A stretch of 64,000 bases of DNA from an uncultured delta proteobacterium (lineage in GTDB: Bacteria > Desulfobacterota > Binatia > DP-6), in assembly GCA_963815115.1 (NCBI GenBank), contig CAWFFN010000005.1, positions 416,001-480,000 of the forward strand, read 5' to 3'. The stretch's first letter is position 1. Every line of letters starts with the position of its first letter. The notes beneath the pieces were generated by a model that had not been told where the DNA came from, did not search any database, and worked only from the letters and a program-made list of their open reading frames with translations. A program made the translations under genes and the position numbers. Below, one piece after another: positions 21,601 through 32,733 of this stretch.

Positions 21601-21831
21601 ACGGCGTCGCTGGCGGCGCTGGGGCTGGTGCCGGCGGCGATGAGCCGGGGGATCGGGTCGGAGACGCAGCGGCCGCTGGCGGTGGTGATCGTGTGCGGGA
21701 CGCTGTCGGCGTGCGTGCTGACGCTGGTGCTGCTGCCGGTGATGTACCAGGTGTTCGCGCGCGCGATGGCGCGGCTGCGGCCCCGGCTGCGCCAGCAGCG
21801 CGTGCGGCTGGTGTCGGCGCTCGGGCGCTGA
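18700..21831 (+). CDS. czcA: CzcA/CusA-family heavy-metal RND permease, copy 2 (tandem paralogue)
   Basis: ATG 18700 after a GGGGAG RBS; same motifs as copy 1; collinear and highly similar over the full length. Confidence 0.93.
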   Translation: MLDRLVGFSLRNRAAVLFFTLVVAAWGWVSFRALTIEAFPDPTDTQVNVITLFPGQPTEEVERQIGLPIERALNGTPGLSRLRNLSLFGLSYVTLTFKDGVEGQWARQQVLERLRDADLPDGVTPELGPFATPIGEVYRYTLRGAKGDPMKLRTLQDWVVRPALMRVDGVADVVSYGGLVREMHVLPDPLRLATFGLTLADLEQAIKAGSVNASGGVLERGAEQFVIRSEGLFQSLDDLRAVRVATNDGTPVFLKDVATVEEGWAPRQGVVSRSADYDTVEGIVLMRRGENPSAVLALLRDAVEQVNARLADDGAKVRAFYDRTDLVGTTLHTVGHNLLEGGLLVTLVLFAFLLDLRAALIVAVLIPLSLLVSFIYLQLRGLSANLLSMGAVDFGVIVDGGVVIIESILTRLSATVPGEPAGRFNPDERIQQATHAVVRPTVFALLIIIAAYLPIFMLQRVEGRIFAPMANTVVAALVGALLFSVILVPVLASLVYRKPLRHRESPLLRWASRTYEPTLAWALGHPWLTLGGAGLLLLGTVALMPRLGSEFLPELNEGALYVTFTLPSNVSLSEGRKMIPRLTSIFLAQPQADEIMSQLGRPEDGTDATLTNNLEFFLKLKEPADWPPDTRSIGEVIASISQAVAVVPGVEANFSQPIRDNVNENISGQFGQIAVKLYGDDLDVLQNQAERVKDVVATVPGVADLGIVKSGEVPQIKVKPDRVALARYGMALGDFQHAFQTAVGGSPVADYWEGERRFDVITRLPLSTREDVEELRQLRIPVAGGVAVPLDALAKVGVGYGRASISRENGRRYIGIRMNVRGRDLGGFVEEARARVAAQAPNPAGVQIEWGGEFENKERAMARLAVVVPVALVITLVLLFKAFDSFSLAVLTLLNVPFALLGGVIGLYLAGMPMSVAAAVGFIALIGQASLNGVLVLSAIAEQRERGERLRAAIVGGCRQRLRPVLMTASLAALGLVPAAMSRGIGSETQRPLAVVIVCGTLSACVLTLVLLPVMYQVFARAMARLRPRLRQQRVRLVSALGR

Positions 21832-21889
21832 GGGAACGCGGCGTCGTTTGCCTCCCGGCGCGCGTTTGCGCTAGCGACGCCGGGTGACG

Positions 21890-22990
21890 ATGGAATTCGG
21901 TCTCTTCTACGAGATTCCCGTGCCGCTTCCCTGGCACGAGCGGGCCGAGCGCGACGCGCTGCACGCCGTCGTGGCGCAGGCGGTGCGCGGCGAGCAGGTG
22001 GGGTTCACGCACTTCTGGACCGTCGAGCACCACTTCCTCGACGAGTTCTCGCACTGCTCCGCGCCCGAGGTGCTGTACGGCGCCGTGGCCGCGAAGACGA
22101 GCCGGCTGAAGATCGGCCACGGTGTCCGGCTGCTGCCCGCCCCCTACAATCACCCGCTGCGGGTCGCCGAGATGGCGGCCACGCTCGACTGCCTGTCCGA
22201 CGGACGGCTCGAGTTCGGCACCGGGCGCTCCGCGACGCGGGCCGAGCTGGAGGGGTTCGGCATCGACCCGGCCGATACCCGCGGCATGTGGGAGGAGGCG
22301 CTGGACGTCGTCGTGGGCGCGTGGACCAGCGACGTCTTCGAGTGGGACGGGCGCTACTTCAAGGTTCCGCCGCGCCGGGTTCATCCCAAGCCGCTGCAGC
22401 GGCCGCATCCGCCGCTGTGGGTCGCGTCCACCAGCCCGGACAGCCACGGGCTCGCGGGACGCAAGGGTCTCGGGCTGCTCTCCTTCACCATCGGAGTGCC
22501 CCCGGAGGAGCTCGCCGGCCGCATCCAGCTCTACCGCGACGGGCTCGCCGAGGCGAAGCCCGCTGGCAAGTTCGTCAACCCGCGCGCCGCCACGTTCACC
22601 ATGGTGCACTGTGCCGAGACCAACGAGGAGGCACGCCGCAACGCCGCCGAGTCGGTGGTCTGGTACCTGAGGAAGAGCACCGAGCTGATCGGCACGCTCG
22701 CCACCTGGCAGCACGAGCGCCAGCGCGAGCTGGGCACCTACGCCTACGCGGAGCTGCTGCGCGACCTCGACACCTCGCACATCACGTTCGACGTCCTCGA
22801 CGAGATGGGGGCGGTGATCGTCGGCGACCCGGAGCGCTGCCGCGAGCGTGTGCGCCGCTACCGCGCCGCGGGCTGCGACCAGCTCCTCTGCCTGATGAAC
22901 CCGTACCGCATCCCTGCGGACAAGGTCATGCGATCCATCGAGCTGTTCGGCGAGCACGTCATCCCGGCCTTCCGCGAGGCCGGGGCGTGA
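21890..22990 (+). CDS. LLM-class (luciferase-like) flavin-dependent monooxygenase
   Basis: MEFGLF, WTVEHHF, HPLRVAE..ATLD.LSDGRLEFGTGR, PKPLQRPHPPLW. Confidence 0.92.
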   Translation: MEFGLFYEIPVPLPWHERAERDALHAVVAQAVRGEQVGFTHFWTVEHHFLDEFSHCSAPEVLYGAVAAKTSRLKIGHGVRLLPAPYNHPLRVAEMAATLDCLSDGRLEFGTGRSATRAELEGFGIDPADTRGMWEEALDVVVGAWTSDVFEWDGRYFKVPPRRVHPKPLQRPHPPLWVASTSPDSHGLAGRKGLGLLSFTIGVPPEELAGRIQLYRDGLAEAKPAGKFVNPRAATFTMVHCAETNEEARRNAAESVVWYLRKSTELIGTLATWQHERQRELGTYAYAELLRDLDTSHITFDVLDEMGAVIVGDPERCRERVRRYRAAGCDQLLCLMNPYRIPADKVMRSIELFGEHVIPAFREAGA

Positions 22991-23841
22991 GCCGGCCGCC
23001 GCTCGCGCAGCTGCTGCGGCGGCTCGATCTCGATTCGCTCGCCGAGGACTGCTACCTCGGCCACACCGGACGGGGCGAGGGCCGCGTGTTCGGCGGCCTG
23101 CTCGCCGCCCAGGCGCTGGTGGCCGCGGGGCGCACCGTCGACGACGGCGTGCCGCATTCCCTCCATCTCTACTTCGTGCGCTCGGGGCGCCACGGGATGC
23201 CGATCACGTGGAGCGTGAGCCGCGTGCGCGACGGCTACTCGTTCGCGCTCCGCCACGTGATCGGCGAGCAGTCGGGGCAGGTGATCCTGACCCTGGCGGC
23301 GAGCTTCACGCGGCAGCGCGGCGGGCTCGCCCACCAGGATCCGGCCGTTGCGGTCCCCGCTCCCGACGAGCTGATCGACTGGGAGGATCTGCGGGTCCAG
23401 GTCCTCGGGCCGGGGACGATCCGCAGACCCGATGGACCGCTCGAGGTGCGCGACTGCGACCCGGCGAGCGCCGCGCCAGCGCCGGGTCGAGCCGCGCGCC
23501 GGACGCTCTGGATGCGGCCGCGCGGGGTGCTGCCCGACGCGCCCCTGCTGCATGCCGCCGTGCTCGCCTACGCCAGCGATCGCGGGCTTCTCAGCACGGC
23601 GGGGCGTCCCCACGGCCTCATGTGGGGCGTCGGTCTCGGAGCGAGCCTCGACCATGCCGTGTGGCTGCACCACCCCGTTCGCTTCGACGACTGGCTGCTC
23701 TATGCCACCACGAGCCCGGTGGCGTTCGCCGGCCGCGGGCTCGTGCACGGCGCGATCTTCCGGCGCGACGGCACCCGCGTGGCGTCGGTCGTCCAGGAGG
23801 GACTGATCCGCGTGCTGCCGCGCAGGCCCACATCCCAGTAG
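22987..23841 (+). CDS. tesB: Acyl-CoA thioesterase II (double hot-dog fold)
   Basis: GTGA overlap with the upstream gene; RVFGGLLAAQAL, HSLHLYF, LAYASD, ASLDHAVW, VASVVQEGLIR. Confidence 0.88.
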   Translation: MSRPPLAQLLRRLDLDSLAEDCYLGHTGRGEGRVFGGLLAAQALVAAGRTVDDGVPHSLHLYFVRSGRHGMPITWSVSRVRDGYSFALRHVIGEQSGQVILTLAASFTRQRGGLAHQDPAVAVPAPDELIDWEDLRVQVLGPGTIRRPDGPLEVRDCDPASAAPAPGRAARRTLWMRPRGVLPDAPLLHAAVLAYASDRGLLSTAGRPHGLMWGVGLGASLDHAVWLHHPVRFDDWLLYATTSPVAFAGRGLVHGAIFRRDGTRVASVVQEGLIRVLPRRPTSQ

Positions 23842-23911
23842 ACAAATTGCCTTGCTTGGTGCACAGAGCGCACCGGGGAGAGGGACGGGGGGACTGCGGA
23901 CGCGCGACCTG

Positions 23912-26900
23912 ATGACCGCCGGATCGACCCTTCCTGGTCAGGGGGATAGCCCGCGCCGCAGCGGGCCCGGTGGTGCGGTCGCGCTCGTCCTCGTCCTGCT
24001 GGGCGCGACGGCCGCTCACGCACAGACGGTGTCGTGCCCCTCGTCGGGGTACTGCAACCGATTCACCTCCACCACCAGCGGGGCCCTCACGTTCATCGGC
24101 AACACCCTCGGCCTGAGCAAGCGGAGCAACCAGAACAACCCCGGCACCAACGATTCGATCGGCGCCTTCACCACCACCGACAAGACCCAGGACGTGGGCA
24201 CCTATCCGAACGGAACGACGCTGACCTTCGCGCAGAACTCGTCGGCCGCCACCTTGAGCCTGCCGGCGGGAAGCACGGTGCTGTACGCCGAGCTGACCTG
24301 GGCCGGGAGCTACGCCTACGGGAACCAATTCGTCAGCGTGGCGCAGCGCAACGGTCCCGTCACGCTCGTCACCCCGAACGGCACCTTCAGCATCAGCCCC
24401 GATTCGACGTTCCAGCGCAACATCGGCACCGCGAATGGCAATGGGGACTGCATCTCGAGCGACGCATGCTTCTACGCCCGCTCGCAGAACGTCACGTCGA
24501 TGGTCCAGGCGGGAGGCAACGGCCCCTACACGGTCAGGGGCGTGCCGGGGACGGCGGCGCCCACCGAGGAATTCCTCAACTGTGCGGGCTGGACGCTGGC
24601 CGTCATCTACCGGAACTTCTCCCTGCCGGTGCGAAACCTCTCGCTGAGCATCGGCTCCGAGTTCGCGGGCAACCCGCCGGCGCAGGTGACTGGCTTCTGC
24701 ACGCCCGAGTCCGGCCCCCTCGACGGCCGGCTCGCGGTCAGCGCCATGGAGGGCGACGCCAACCGGAATGACGACCAGATGCGGTTCGGACGCACCCAGT
24801 CCCTGGGCAGCGGGGACAATCTCTCCGGCCCGAACAACCCGGCGAACAACTTCTTCGCATCGCAGATCAACGGCGACAACGGAGACCTCGTCACCAGCGG
24901 CACGTTCGGCACGCTGAACGCCAACCCCGTCACCGGCAACCTCGCGAACCCGGGGCGCCAGGGCTGGGACATTACCAACGTCGACGTCTCCTCGGAGCTG
25001 AGAAACGGACAGACCCAGGCATTCGCGCAAGGGACGAGGAACGCGTCCAACGTCTTTGCCGATCAGTACCTGATCACGGATCTCGGGCTGCAGATCAAGG
25101 TCGGCGCGCCGGCCTTCGGCTTCAACGTCAAGTCGGTCGACAAGGCGCAGGCCGTCGTCGGCGACACGCTCACCTACACCGTCAGGGCCGCCAACAGCGG
25201 CGCGATCGACGCCACCAATCTGGTGTTCACCGACGTGCCGCCGCCGGGGACGACCTTCGTCTCCGGGAGCTTCAAGAGGAACGGACTGGTTCTGCCCGGG
25301 GCCAACCCGGCTGCGGGTGTCAATCTCGGCACCGTGGCCGGCGGCGATACGGTGACCGTCGAGTTCAAGGTCCAGGTGACGTCGGTCCCGGCGAGTCCCG
25401 CAGCGGCCCAGTACGACAATGCCGCGACCTGGACCTACCAGTACGTGAGCTGCGCGGGCCAACCGACGCAGAACGGCACGTTCACCACGAACACCGTGAC
25501 GACCCGCATCGCGCGCCTCGAGCCGACGAAGTCGGTGTCCCCGATGGCCGCCGTGCCGAACCAGACCCTCACCTACACGGTCACGATCCCCAACACCGGC
25601 ACGGCCAGCGCCATGAACGTGACGCTCACCGACGCCATCCCGGCGGGCACCTCCTACGTCGCCGGCAGCACGACGCTCAACGGCGTCGCGGTGGCGGATC
25701 GCATCGGGCAGACGATGCCGTTCGCTCAGGGCGGCCCGGTGAACAGCCCGTTCGAGCCGGCCGGCCAGGTGAACGCCGGCGAAGCCGCCACCGTCCAGTT
25801 CCAGGTGAGAGTGAACGCGAGCACGACCGGGACCGTCACCAACACCGCGCTGATCGACCCGGACGGGCCCGGACCACAGCCGCCGATCAGCCGGTCGGTG
25901 GACACCCCGGTGACGCCGCAGGCGGACGTGGCGGTGACGAAGACCGGACCGGCCAAGGCCATCGCCGGCACCAACGTGGTCTTCACCATCACCGTGACCA
26001 ACCAGGGCCCGTCGAGCGCTACGAACGTCGTCCTGAACGACGCCACGCCGCAAGGCCTCACGTTCGTCTCCAACGCCGGCGATTGTATGAGCCTGTTCCC
26101 GTGCAGCTTCGGGACGCTGGCGTCGGGGGCCACCCGGACCGTCACCGCGACGTACTTCGTTCCTCCCGGCTACACGACGCCGGACCCGATCGTGAACCAG
26201 GCGACGGTGTCGAGCACGACGCCCGATCCCGCGCCCGGGAACAACACGGCGCAGGCGGCGGTCAGCCTGAACGCGCCCGTCGCGGCCCTGGCGGTGACCA
26301 AGTCGAACGGGGTCGCCACCGTGGTGGCCGGGACCACGACGACCTACACGATCACGGTGCAGAACACGGGACCGAGCGCCGTACCGGGCGTGCACGTGAC
26401 GGACCCGCTCCCGGCGGAGCTCACGAACGCGACCTGGACGTGCAGCGCGAGCGGCGGCGGGAGCTGCGCCGTGGCCAGCGGCACGGGGTCGATCGACACG
26501 ACCGTGACGCTGCCGGTGAACGCCGTCGCCACCTTCCTGCTGACGGCCACCGTGAGGCAGGACGCCACGGGTCTGCTCCACAACACGGTGACGGCGCAGA
26601 ACCCGCCGAACTTCGGTAGCCCGTCGAGCGCGACCGCCACCGACACCGACGCGATCATCGCCCAGGCGGACGTCTCGGTCACCAAGACCGGCCCCACGAC
26701 GGCCGTCGTGCCCGGCAACACGGTCGCCTACACGATCGTGGCGCAGAACAGCGGACCGTCGCCGGCGACGGGCGTCGTGGTCGACGACCCGGGGCCGCCT
26801 GGCCTCACCTTCGTCTCGAACGCCGGGGACTGCACGACGGCGTTCCCGTGCGCCCTGGGGACGCTGGCCCCCGGCGCCTCGCGCACCATCACCGCGACCT

Positions 26901-29900
26901 TCCTGGTGCCGTTCGGCTACACGACGCCCAACCCGATCGTGAACACGACGACAGTGTCCAGCGCCACGCCGGATCCCAACCAGGGCAACAACACCGCCAC
27001 GGCGCAGACGCCGGTCAACATCAACGCCGACGTGGCCGTCGCGAAGGTCGCCACGCCGACGAGCCTGCTGGTCGGCGAGACGGTGACGCTGTTCATCAAC
27101 GTGCGGAACAACGGTCCCAACCGTGCCAGCGGCGTCGTCATCACCGACGTCCTGCAGGCCGGCCTGAGCTTCATCTCGGCGTCGCCTCAGCAGGGCACGT
27201 ACGTGCCGTCCTCGGGACAGTGGTTCGTGGGAACCCTCGAGAACGGGGGCTCGGCGCTGCTCACCATCATGGCGGAGGTGACCCAGGCAGGGACGATCTC
27301 GAACATCGCCACCAAGAGCGCCGCCAACGAGCCCGACCCCAACACGAGCAACGACACCGCGGCCGCCTCGATCAATGCGGCGCCGGCGGCGGACATCGCG
27401 GTGCAGAAGACCGTCGACCGCTCGACGCCCGCGGTCGGGGAGATGGTGAGCTTCACGGTCACGGTGACGAACCAGGGACCGAGCGACGCCACGGGCATCG
27501 TGCTGCAGGACACCCTCCCGGCCGGGCTCACCCTGACGTCCTCGACGCCGTCGCAGGGAACCTACGTTCCGGGGACGGGCACGTGGAGCGTCGGTGACGT
27601 GGCGCTCGACGGGTCCGCGACGCTGACGCTGGTCGCGTCGGTGAACACGACCGGAATACTCGTCAACACGGCGCGCAAGACCGCGCAGGACCAGACCGAC
27701 CCGAACCCCGCCAACGATCAGAGCAGCGTCTCGCTCAACGCCACGACGCTGGCCGACATCCAGGTCACCAAGGCGATCAGCAACCCCGCGCCGGCGGTGG
27801 GCGAGCAGGTGACCTTCACGGTGACGGCGACCAACCTCGGCCCCAGCCCGGCCACGGGGGTCGTGCTCACCGACCAGCTGCCCGCGGGCCTCGCCTTCGT
27901 GTCGGCGACCCCGTCGCAGGGAACCTACGTCTCGGCGACGGGAGTGTGGACGGTGGGGAGCATCGCCGCCACCCAGTCGGCCGTGCTCTCCATCACGGCC
28001 CGCGTCACGCAGCCGGGAACGTTCACCAACACGGCGACCAAGACCGCGGCCAACGAGCCGGATCCGAACCCGGCCAACGACTCGGGGAGCGCCTCGGGAA
28101 CGGCGAGCCTGGTGGCCGACCTCACGATCACCAAGGCGGCCGGCCTGCCCGCGGTGGTCGCCGGCGGCACCGTCGACTACGCCATCACGGTCACCAACAA
28201 CGGTCCGAGCGACGTGACGGGCGCAGCGGTGGCGGATGTGTTCCCCGCTCCCACCCTTACCGGCGTCACCTGGAGCTGCATGTCGGCGGGTGGCGCGTGC
28301 GGTGCGGCGAGCGGTGCGGGCGACATCATGACCACCGTCGATCTGCCGGCGGGCGCCTCGGCCGTGTTCGCCGTGACCGGCTCGGTCGCGGCGGACGCCA
28401 CGGGCACGCTCGTCAACACTGCCACCGTGACGCCCCCCTCCGGTACGACGGATCCCAATCTCGCCAACAACACCGCCACCGCCAGCACGCCGATCCTGGC
28501 CTTGGCCGACGTGGCGGTGACGAAGGTCGGCCCGCAGAAGGTGATCGCCGGGAACCCGCTGGTCTTCACGATCGAGGTGACCAACAACGGCCCGTCGGTG
28601 GCCACCAACGTGACCGTCGACGACATGACGCCTCCCGGGCTGACGTTCGTGTCCAATACGGGCGACTGCACCACGCCGTTCCAGTGCTCCCTGGGGACCA
28701 TGGCGCCCAACACGAGCCGGATCATCACGTCGACCTTCATGGTGCCGGCCGGCTACACCACTCCCGACCCGATCGTGAACGTGGTGACCGCGATGAGCCA
28801 GACCGTCGACCCCGCTCCGGGGAACAACACGGCCCAGGCCGCGGTCAGCCTGAACGCGCCGGTGGCCGCGCTGGCGGTGACAAAGTCGGACGGGAAGACG
28901 CAAGGTGATAGCGGGCACCACGACCGTCTACACGATCACGGTGAGCAACCCGGGACCCAGTGACGTGACGGGCGTGCACGTGACGGACCCGCTCCCGGCG
29001 GCGCTCGTGAATGCGAGCTGGACGTGTAGCGCGAGCGGCGGCGGAAGCTGCACCGCTGCCAGCGGCACGGGATCGATCGACACCACCGTGGCGCTGCCCG
29101 TGGGCGCCGTCGCCACCTTCCTGCTGACGGCGACGGTCGCGCAGGACGCCCAGGGACTGGTGAGCAACACGGTGACGGCGCAGAATCCGCCGAATTTCGG
29201 CAGTCCCTCGAGCGCATCCGCCACGGATACGAACGTGGTGACCCGGCAAGCGGACCTGTCGATCACGAAATCGGGCCCGGCAACACCGGTGGTGCCGGCA
29301 AACCAGGCCGTCTACACGATCGTCGTGACGAATGGCGGTCCGTCGGCCGCGACGGACGTGGTGGTGACGGACCCGACGCCGCAGGGTCTCACCTTCGTTT
29401 CCAACTCGGGCGGTTGCACGACGCCGTTCCCGTGCGACCTCGGCGTGCTCGCGTTCGGTGCGCCGCAAAGACCATCACCACGACGTACCTCGTGCCCCCC
29501 GGCTACACGACGCCCAACCCGATCGTCGAGACCGCCACCGTGTCGAGCCCCGTCCCCGACCCGACCCCGGACAACAACAGCGCTACGGTGATGACGCCGG
29601 TCGACACGAACGCCGATGTGGAGGTGACGAAGTTCGTCGCGCCGACATCGGGCATCCTCGTCGGTGAGACCGTCACGTTCACCGTGGTCGTCCGCAATCA
29701 CGGACCGAACTCGGCGACCGCGGTGGTGATCACGGACGTCCTTCCGGCGGGCCTGATGCTCGTCTCGGCGTCGCCCTCCCAGGGCGCATACTTCCCCGGG
29801 ACTGGCGAGTGGGTGCTGCCGAGCCTGGCGCTGGACCAGGAGGAGGAGCTGGTGCTCCAGACCCTGGTGACGCTGCCCGGCGACATCACCAACCTCGCCG

Positions 29901-32677
29901 TCCGGACGGGCGGCAACGAGCCCGACCCCAACCCGGGGAACGATTCCGGCGCCGCCACCATCAACGCGGCGGCGGCAGCCGACGTCGCGCTCCAGAAGAC
30001 GGTGGATCGTGCCCAGCCGTCCGTCGGCGAGACAGTCGCGTTCACCGTGACCGCGACCAACCGCGGCCCGAGCTCGGCAACAGGTGTCTTCGTGGAGGAT
30101 ACCTTGCCGGCGGGGCTCACGCTGGTGACGGCGACGCCCTCGCAAGGAACCACCTACGACGCCGGAGCGGGCGCGTGGACGGTCGGGGATCTCGCGCTGT
30201 CGGCATCCGCGACGCTGACGCTGGTCGCGTCCGTGAACACGACCGGCGTACTGGTCAACGAAGCGAGGAAGACGGCGCAGAACGAGGTCGACCCGAACCC
30301 GCTCAACGACGTGGCGGAAGCGTTGATCAACGCCATCGCGACGGCGGATATCGGGATCGGCAAGGCGATCAGCACGCAGACGCCGGCGGTCGGCGGGGAC
30401 GTGACCTTCACCGTGACTGCCACGAACTTCGGGCCGAGCCCGGCCACGGGCATCGTGGTCACCGACCCGCTGCCCGCGGGCTTGACGTTCGTGTCGGCGA
30501 TGCCCTCGCAAGGCACCTACGATCAGACGAGCGGCGAGTGGACGGTCGGCGATCTGGCGGCCACGCGTACGGCCCTGCTCTCCGTCACGGCACGGGTGAC
30601 CCAGATCGGCCCGTTCACCAACACGGCCACCCGGACCGCGGGCAACGAACCCGATCCCAACCCCGACAACGACAGCGCCAGCGTGTCGGCCGTCGCGCGC
30701 CTCGTCGCCGACCTCTCCATCACCAAGACGGACGGTCAGACCACCGCCTTCCCCGGCCAGGTCCTGACCTACACGATCACGGTGCACAACGCGGGACCGA
30801 GCCCGGTGGTGGGTGCCTCGGTCACCGACACGTTCCCTGCGCAGCTGGGACCCGTCACGTGGACGTGCGCCGCGACAGCCGGCGGGAGCTGCGGGGCGGC
30901 CAGCGGGTCGGCGCCCATCGCGACCACCGTCAATCTGCCCGCGGGCGCCGACGCGACGATCCTCGCCACCGGAACCGTCAACCCGGCAGCCACGGGCATC
31001 GTGACGAACACGGCCAGCGTCCGCACCCCCGAGGGGACCAGCGATCCCGACCCGACCAACAACGACGACACCGACGTGACGGCCCTGACACCCTCGGCGA
31101 ATCTGGCCATCACCAAGAGCGGCCCGGCGAGCGCCATCGCGGGGGCGAACGTCGTCTACACCCTCGTCGTCACGAACGCGGGTCCCTCGATCGCGAACGA
31201 CGTGTCCGTGACGGATCCGACGCCCCCCGGGCTGGTCTTCCTGTCGAATGCCGGCGACTGTACGACGCCGTTCCCGTGCGCCCTCGGCGATCTCGGCCCC
31301 GGCGAGTCCCGCACCATCATGGCGACCTTCACCGTGGTGCCGGGAAGCATGCTTGTTCTCAACACGGCGACGGTGGCGAGTCCCACGCCCGACCCCAACC
31401 TCGACGACAACACCGCCGAGGCGACCCTGGTCGTCGTTCCGACGGCGGATCTGGCGGTCACCAAGACCGGTCCGGCAACGGCGACGGTCGATTCGACCGC
31501 GACCTATACCATCGGCGTCACCAACAACGGCCCGAACCCCGCACTCGCTGCCGTTCTCACCGATACCGTACCGGCCGGCGCCGAGCTGGTCTCGGCGACG
31601 GCGAGCCAGGGAGGCTGTACCGGCGCGACGCTGGTCACCTGCACGCTGGGTGCCCTCACGGCCGGGCAGTCGGTCACCGTCAGCGTGACGGTGCACATCC
31701 TCCCGTCGGCGACGGGCGCGCTCGTCGACACCGCCACGGTGAGCAGCCCGACGCCGGATCCCATGCTGTCGAACAACACCGCGACGGCGACGACGATCGT
31801 CAGGGCGCAGGCGGACCTCGCGCTCACGAAGGCCGTCAACCCGACCCAGGTGGAGGTCGGACAGGGCTTCACCTACACGCTCACGGTGACCAACAGAGGC
31901 CCGAGCCCGGCGACCGATGTGACGGTCACCGATGAATTGCCGGCCGGGGTGACGGTCGGAACCGTCGTGGCCTCACAGGGGACCTGTGCGCTCGCGGGAG
32001 CGATCGTGAGCTGCGACCTGGGCACGTTGGCGGCCAACGCCACGGCCACGGTGACCGTCACGGCGACCCGCGAGGTGGCGGAGCCGATCAGCAACACGGC
32101 AAGCGTCACGTCGCCCACCACACCGGACCCGGCCCCGGAGGACAACACGGCCACGGCGGTCCTGCCGAGCGTCTCCGGGGAGACCTGCGACAACTGTCAG
32201 GACGACGACGGCGATGGGCTGGTGGACAGCGAGGATCCGGATTGCTGCACGGCGCAGGGGCTCACGGTCGACCGGGCCCGCTACCGGGCCGGCAAGACCA
32301 CGCTGCACGTGAACGCCACCCTGGCGAACGGCACCTTCACGGGCTTCGACCCGCGCCAGCAGGACCTGCAGCTCCAGGTCCGCGGTCAGGGAGGAGAGCT
32401 GGTCTGCTGCACGCTCGGGCACGAGAACTGGCAGAAGCTCTTCCGCCGCAACTTCGGCTTCTTCGACCAGCGCTTGACGATCTGCCCGCCGATCAAGTGC
32501 GTGAAGCTCGCGTTCCCGAAGAACGGGCCGCCCCGGGTGACCGTCATCGCCGGCGGCGTGCAGCCAGGCAGCTCGCTGCTCTCCCCCGTGCAGATCACCC
32601 TCAGCGTGGGCGGTCAGTGCACCACGGGCTCGATGACCCTGCGCCCCAGGGGCAAGAACGGCGCGGTGTTCCCGTGA
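23912..32677 (+). CDS. Giant (~2,920 aa) secreted surface protein with ~19 DUF11 Ig-like repeats, interrupted by two frameshifts (~28903, ~29463)
   Basis: Signal peptide ...LLGATAAHA-Q; repeated ADxxxTK...YTITVTNxGPS..A..V.V.D.LP...N.A...DP...NN; three ORF-track segments continue the same repeat register; C-terminal CDNCQDDDGDGLVDSEDPDC. Confidence 0.85.
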
Positions 32678-32705
32678 CCCGGCAGCCGGAGCGGGAGGGT
32701 CGTTC

Positions 32706-32733
32706 GAGCCGGCGACGAGCCCGTCGCCGACTC
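32706..32733. terminator. Hairpin between convergent genes
   Basis: GAGCCGGCGACG/CGTCGCCGACTC imperfect stem between the DUF11 gene stop and the GT-C gene stop. Confidence 0.45.

Noticed and set aside
15518-21831. Duplicated czcA as an assembly artefact or as a diversity-generating retroelement TR/VR pair
   Set aside because: The copies differ by many synonymous and coherent amino-acid changes and have a unique spacer with an RBS. Differences are not adenine-specific and no reverse transcriptase is present.
23618-28921. 1767-aa minus-strand ORF and other long antisense or alternate-frame ORFs (57497-62689, 18241-20910, 15455-17731, 50170-52545)
   Set aside because: Shadow ORFs of high-GC coding sequence: Arg/Gly/Ala-rich, no motifs, and fully overlapping well-supported genes.
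28895-29470. Programmed frameshifting or phase variation in the DUF11 gene
   Set aside because: No slippery heptamer or long homopolymer at the breaks; the pattern matches the indel errors seen at 42-45 kb.
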